Assembly: GCA_030390025.1 (NCBI GenBank)
Contig: CM059431.1
Coordinates: forward strand, 133,860,001-133,924,000
Source of the DNA: Squalus acanthias
Taxonomy: Eukaryota
DNA: 64,000 nucleotides
Reading direction: 5' to 3'
Part shown: positions 61,040-64,000 of the stretch, in pieces
Numbering within the stretch: the stretch's first letter is position 1
How the letters are laid out: every line of letters starts with the position of its first letter
Notes under the pieces: model-generated
Seen by the model: the letters and a program-made list of their open reading frames with translations, nothing else
What the model was told of the DNA's origin: nothing
Database searches by the model: none
Program-made: the position numbers and the translations under genes

Positions 61040-62210
61040 ATTAGTTTATGGGATGTGGGCATTGCTGGCAAGGCCAGCATTTATTGCCCATCCCTAATTG
61101 CCTTTCAGAAGGAGGTGGTGAGCTGCCTTCTTGAACCGCTGCAGTCCGTGTGGTGAAGGGACTCCCACAGTGCTGTTAGGTAGGGAGTTTCAGGATTTTG
61201 ACCCAGCAATGATGAAGGATCGGCAATATACTTCTAAGTCAGGATGGTGTGTGACTTGGAGGGGAACTTGGAGTGGTGGTGTTCCCATGCACCTGCTGCC
61301 CTTGTCCTTCTAGGTGGAAGAGGTCGCGGGTTTGGGAAGTGCTGCTGAAGAAGCCTTGGCAAGCTGCTGCAGGGCATCTTGTAGATGGTACACACTGCAG
61401 CCACGGTACGCCGGTGGTAGAGGAGTGAATGTTTAAGGTGGTGGATGGGGTGCCAATCAAGCAGGCTGCTTTGTCCTGGATGGTATCGAGCTTCTTGAGT
61501 GTTGTTGGAGTTGCACTCATCCAGGCAAGTGGAGAGTATTCTATCACACTCCTTACTTGTGCCTTGTAGATGGTGGAAAGGCTTTGGGGAGTCAGGAGGT
61601 GAGACACTCGCCGCAGAATACCTAGCCTCTGACCTGCTCTTGTTGCCACAGTATTTATGTGGTTGGTCCAGTTAAGTTTCTGGTCAATGGTGGCCCCCAG
61701 GATGTTGACGGTGGGGGATTCGGTGATGGTAATGCCGTTGAATGTCAAGGGGCAGTGGTTAGACTCTCGCTTGTTGGAGATAGTCATTGCCTGGCACTTC
61801 TGTGGCGCGAATTTTACCTGCCACTTATCAGCCCAAGCCTGAACGGCGCCCAGGTCTTGTTGCATGCCTGTTTCATTATCTGAGGAGTTGTGAATGGCGC
61901 TGAACAATGTGCAGTCATCAGCGAACATCCCCATTTCTGACCTTATATTGGAGGGAAGGTCATTGATGAAGCAGCTGAAGATGGTTGGGCCTAGGACACT
62001 GCCCTGAGGAACTCCTGCAGCGATGTCCTGGGGCTGTGATGATTGACCTTCAACCACCACAACCATATTCCTTTGTGCTAGGTATGACTCCAGCCAGTGG
62101 AGACTTTCCCTCCCCCCGATTCCCATTGACTTCAGTTTTACTAGGGCTCCTTGATGTCACACTCGTTCAAATGCTGCCTTGATGTCAAGGGCAGTCACTC
62201 TCACCTCATT
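61040..62210 (-). mobile_element. LINE family B 3' part
   Basis: ORF 61239-62126 (GVPQGSVLGP, FADD) matches 11040-12190. Confidence 0.92.
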
Positions 62211-62252
62211 TCTCTTCCCCACCCCACCCCCGGCGACCTGCCTTTGGATTGA

Positions 62253-63639
62253 ATGTAACCCCACTATTTAAAAAAGGTGGTAGAGAGAAAACGGGGAATT
62301 ATAGCAGAGCACATGGAAAACAGTGACAGGATCGGACAAAGTCAATATGGATTTACAAAAGGTAAATCATGCTTGACTAATCTACTGGAAGTTTCCGAGG
62401 ATGTAACTGGTAGAATAGATAAGGGAGAACCAGTGGATGTGGTGTATTTGGACTTTCAGAAGGCTTTCGATAAGGTCCCGCATAAGAGATTGGTGTGCAA
62501 AGTTAAAGCACATGGGATTGGGGTAAGGTACTGACTTGGATAGAGAACCGGTTGGCAGACAGGAAGCAAAGAGTTGGAATAAACGGGTCTTTTTCCGAGT
62601 GGCAGGCAGTGACTAGTGGGGTACCGCAGGGATCGGTGCTAGGACCCCAGCTATTCACAATATATATTAATGATCTAGACGAGGGAACTAGATGTAATAT
62701 CTCCAAGTTTGCAGACGACACAAAGCTGGGTGGGCGTGTGTGCTGTGAGGAGGATGCAGAGAAACTCCAGTATGATTTGGACAGGTTGGGTGATTGGGCA
62801 GATGCATGGCAGGTGCAGTATAATGTGGATAAATGCGAGGTTATCCACTTTGGTGGCAAAAACAGGAAGACAGATTATTGTCTGAACGGCAATAGATTGG
62901 GAAAAGGGGAAGTGCAACGAGACCTGGGTGTCCTTGTGCACCAGTCGCTGAAGGTAAGCATGCAGGTGCAGCAGGCGGTTAAGAAGGCAAATGGTATGTT
63001 GGCCTTCATAGCGAGAGGATTCGAGTACAGGAGCAAGGATGTCTTGCTGCAGTCGTACAGGGCCTTGGTGAGACCACACCTTGAGTATTGTGTGCAGTTT
63101 TGGTTGCCTTATCTGAGGAAGGATGTTCTTGCCATGGAGGGAGTGCAGCGAAGATTCACCAGACTGATACCTGGGATGGCAGGAATGGCGTATGAAGAGA
63201 GATTGGGTCGATTAGGCTTATATTCGCTAGAGTTTAGAAGAATGAGAGGGGATCTCATTGAAACTTATAAAATTCTAACAGGACTAGACAGACTAGATGC
63301 AGGAAGGCTGTTCCCGATGGCGGGGGAGTCCAGAACCAGGGGTCACAGTCTAAGGATAAGGGGTAAGCCATTTAGGACTGAGATGAGGAGGAATTTCTTC
63401 ACCCAGAGAGTGGTGAACCTGTGGAATTCTCTCCCACAGAAGGCAGTTGAGGCCAATTCATTAAATATATTCAAGAAGGAGATAGATATATTTCTTAAGG
63501 CTGAAGGGACCAAGGGATATGGGGCGAAAGCAGGGACAGGGTACTGAATTTGGATGATCAGCCATGATCGCAATGAATGGCGGAGCAGGCTCGAGGGGCC
63601 GAATGGCCTACTCCTGCTCCTATCTTCTATGTTTCTATG
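62253..63639 (+). mobile_element. CR1 family A, 5'-truncated
   Basis: ORF 62552-63547, 3' hairpin and tail. Confidence 0.95.
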
Positions 63640-63799
63640 ATCACGACTGGCGCGCTCTGTTTGCCAGTAATATACAAATGAGACCAGAAGACTAATTTAA
63701 GGTGGTCCTGCTGCCCTTTAGGTGCACGCAGCGTCCGCCTGCATCTGGAGTGTGCCCGAATTCAAATTCAGGTATAATCAATTTCTAGGCCAATGTATT

Positions 63800-64000
63800 T
63801 GAACCCTAAGCATCTGACAACTTTCTGCCAGTATTTTACAATCGTCCTTGTTGTTTGCCAAACCCCCTACTTTTGGATCATCAGCAAATTTCGAGATTGT
63901 GTTCCCTATACCCATATTGAAATTATCTATATGTACAGACAGCAAAAATGGATCTGGCACTAACTACTGACTTCCAACCCTTCTCCAATCCAAGCAACAC
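63800..64000 (-). mobile_element. Ancient CR1 RT remnant
   Basis: ISKFADDPKVGG in ORF 63778-63960. Confidence 0.65.

Larger units (their letters stand above)
60841..63791. mobile_element. Old Harbinger-type non-autonomous element split by two LINEs
   Basis: Ends AGCCTAGAACCT / AATTTCTAGGCC; flanks GAT / AAT. Confidence 0.55.

Overview
Eukaryotic, transposon-saturated window. The repeat repertoire (HER1-like CR1 LINEs, HE1-type V-SINE, DeuSINE-like tail, L2, RTE, Penelope) points to a cartilaginous fish (shark) genome; this is inferred from repeat identity only. Most of the window is nested mobile elements: about 12 CR1 segments from at least 4 families, about 10 PIF/Harbinger DNA-transposon copies or derivatives (convergent DDE transposase plus a 3-exon Myb/SANT gene, ~11-14 bp GC-capped TIRs, 3-bp A/T TSDs), two Penelope-like insertions carrying minimal hammerhead ribozymes, one RTE with a twin-priming 5' inversion, and several SINEs. 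Between them lie small phase-compatible exons of two convergent host genes that I cannot name. The + gene ends at ~14.2 kb. The - gene has exons at 59.1, 42.6 and 19.4 kb (plus weaker candidates). There are no prokaryotic features. CR1 family labels A-D are my own by-eye groupings. Element boundaries without a stated TSD are approximate.
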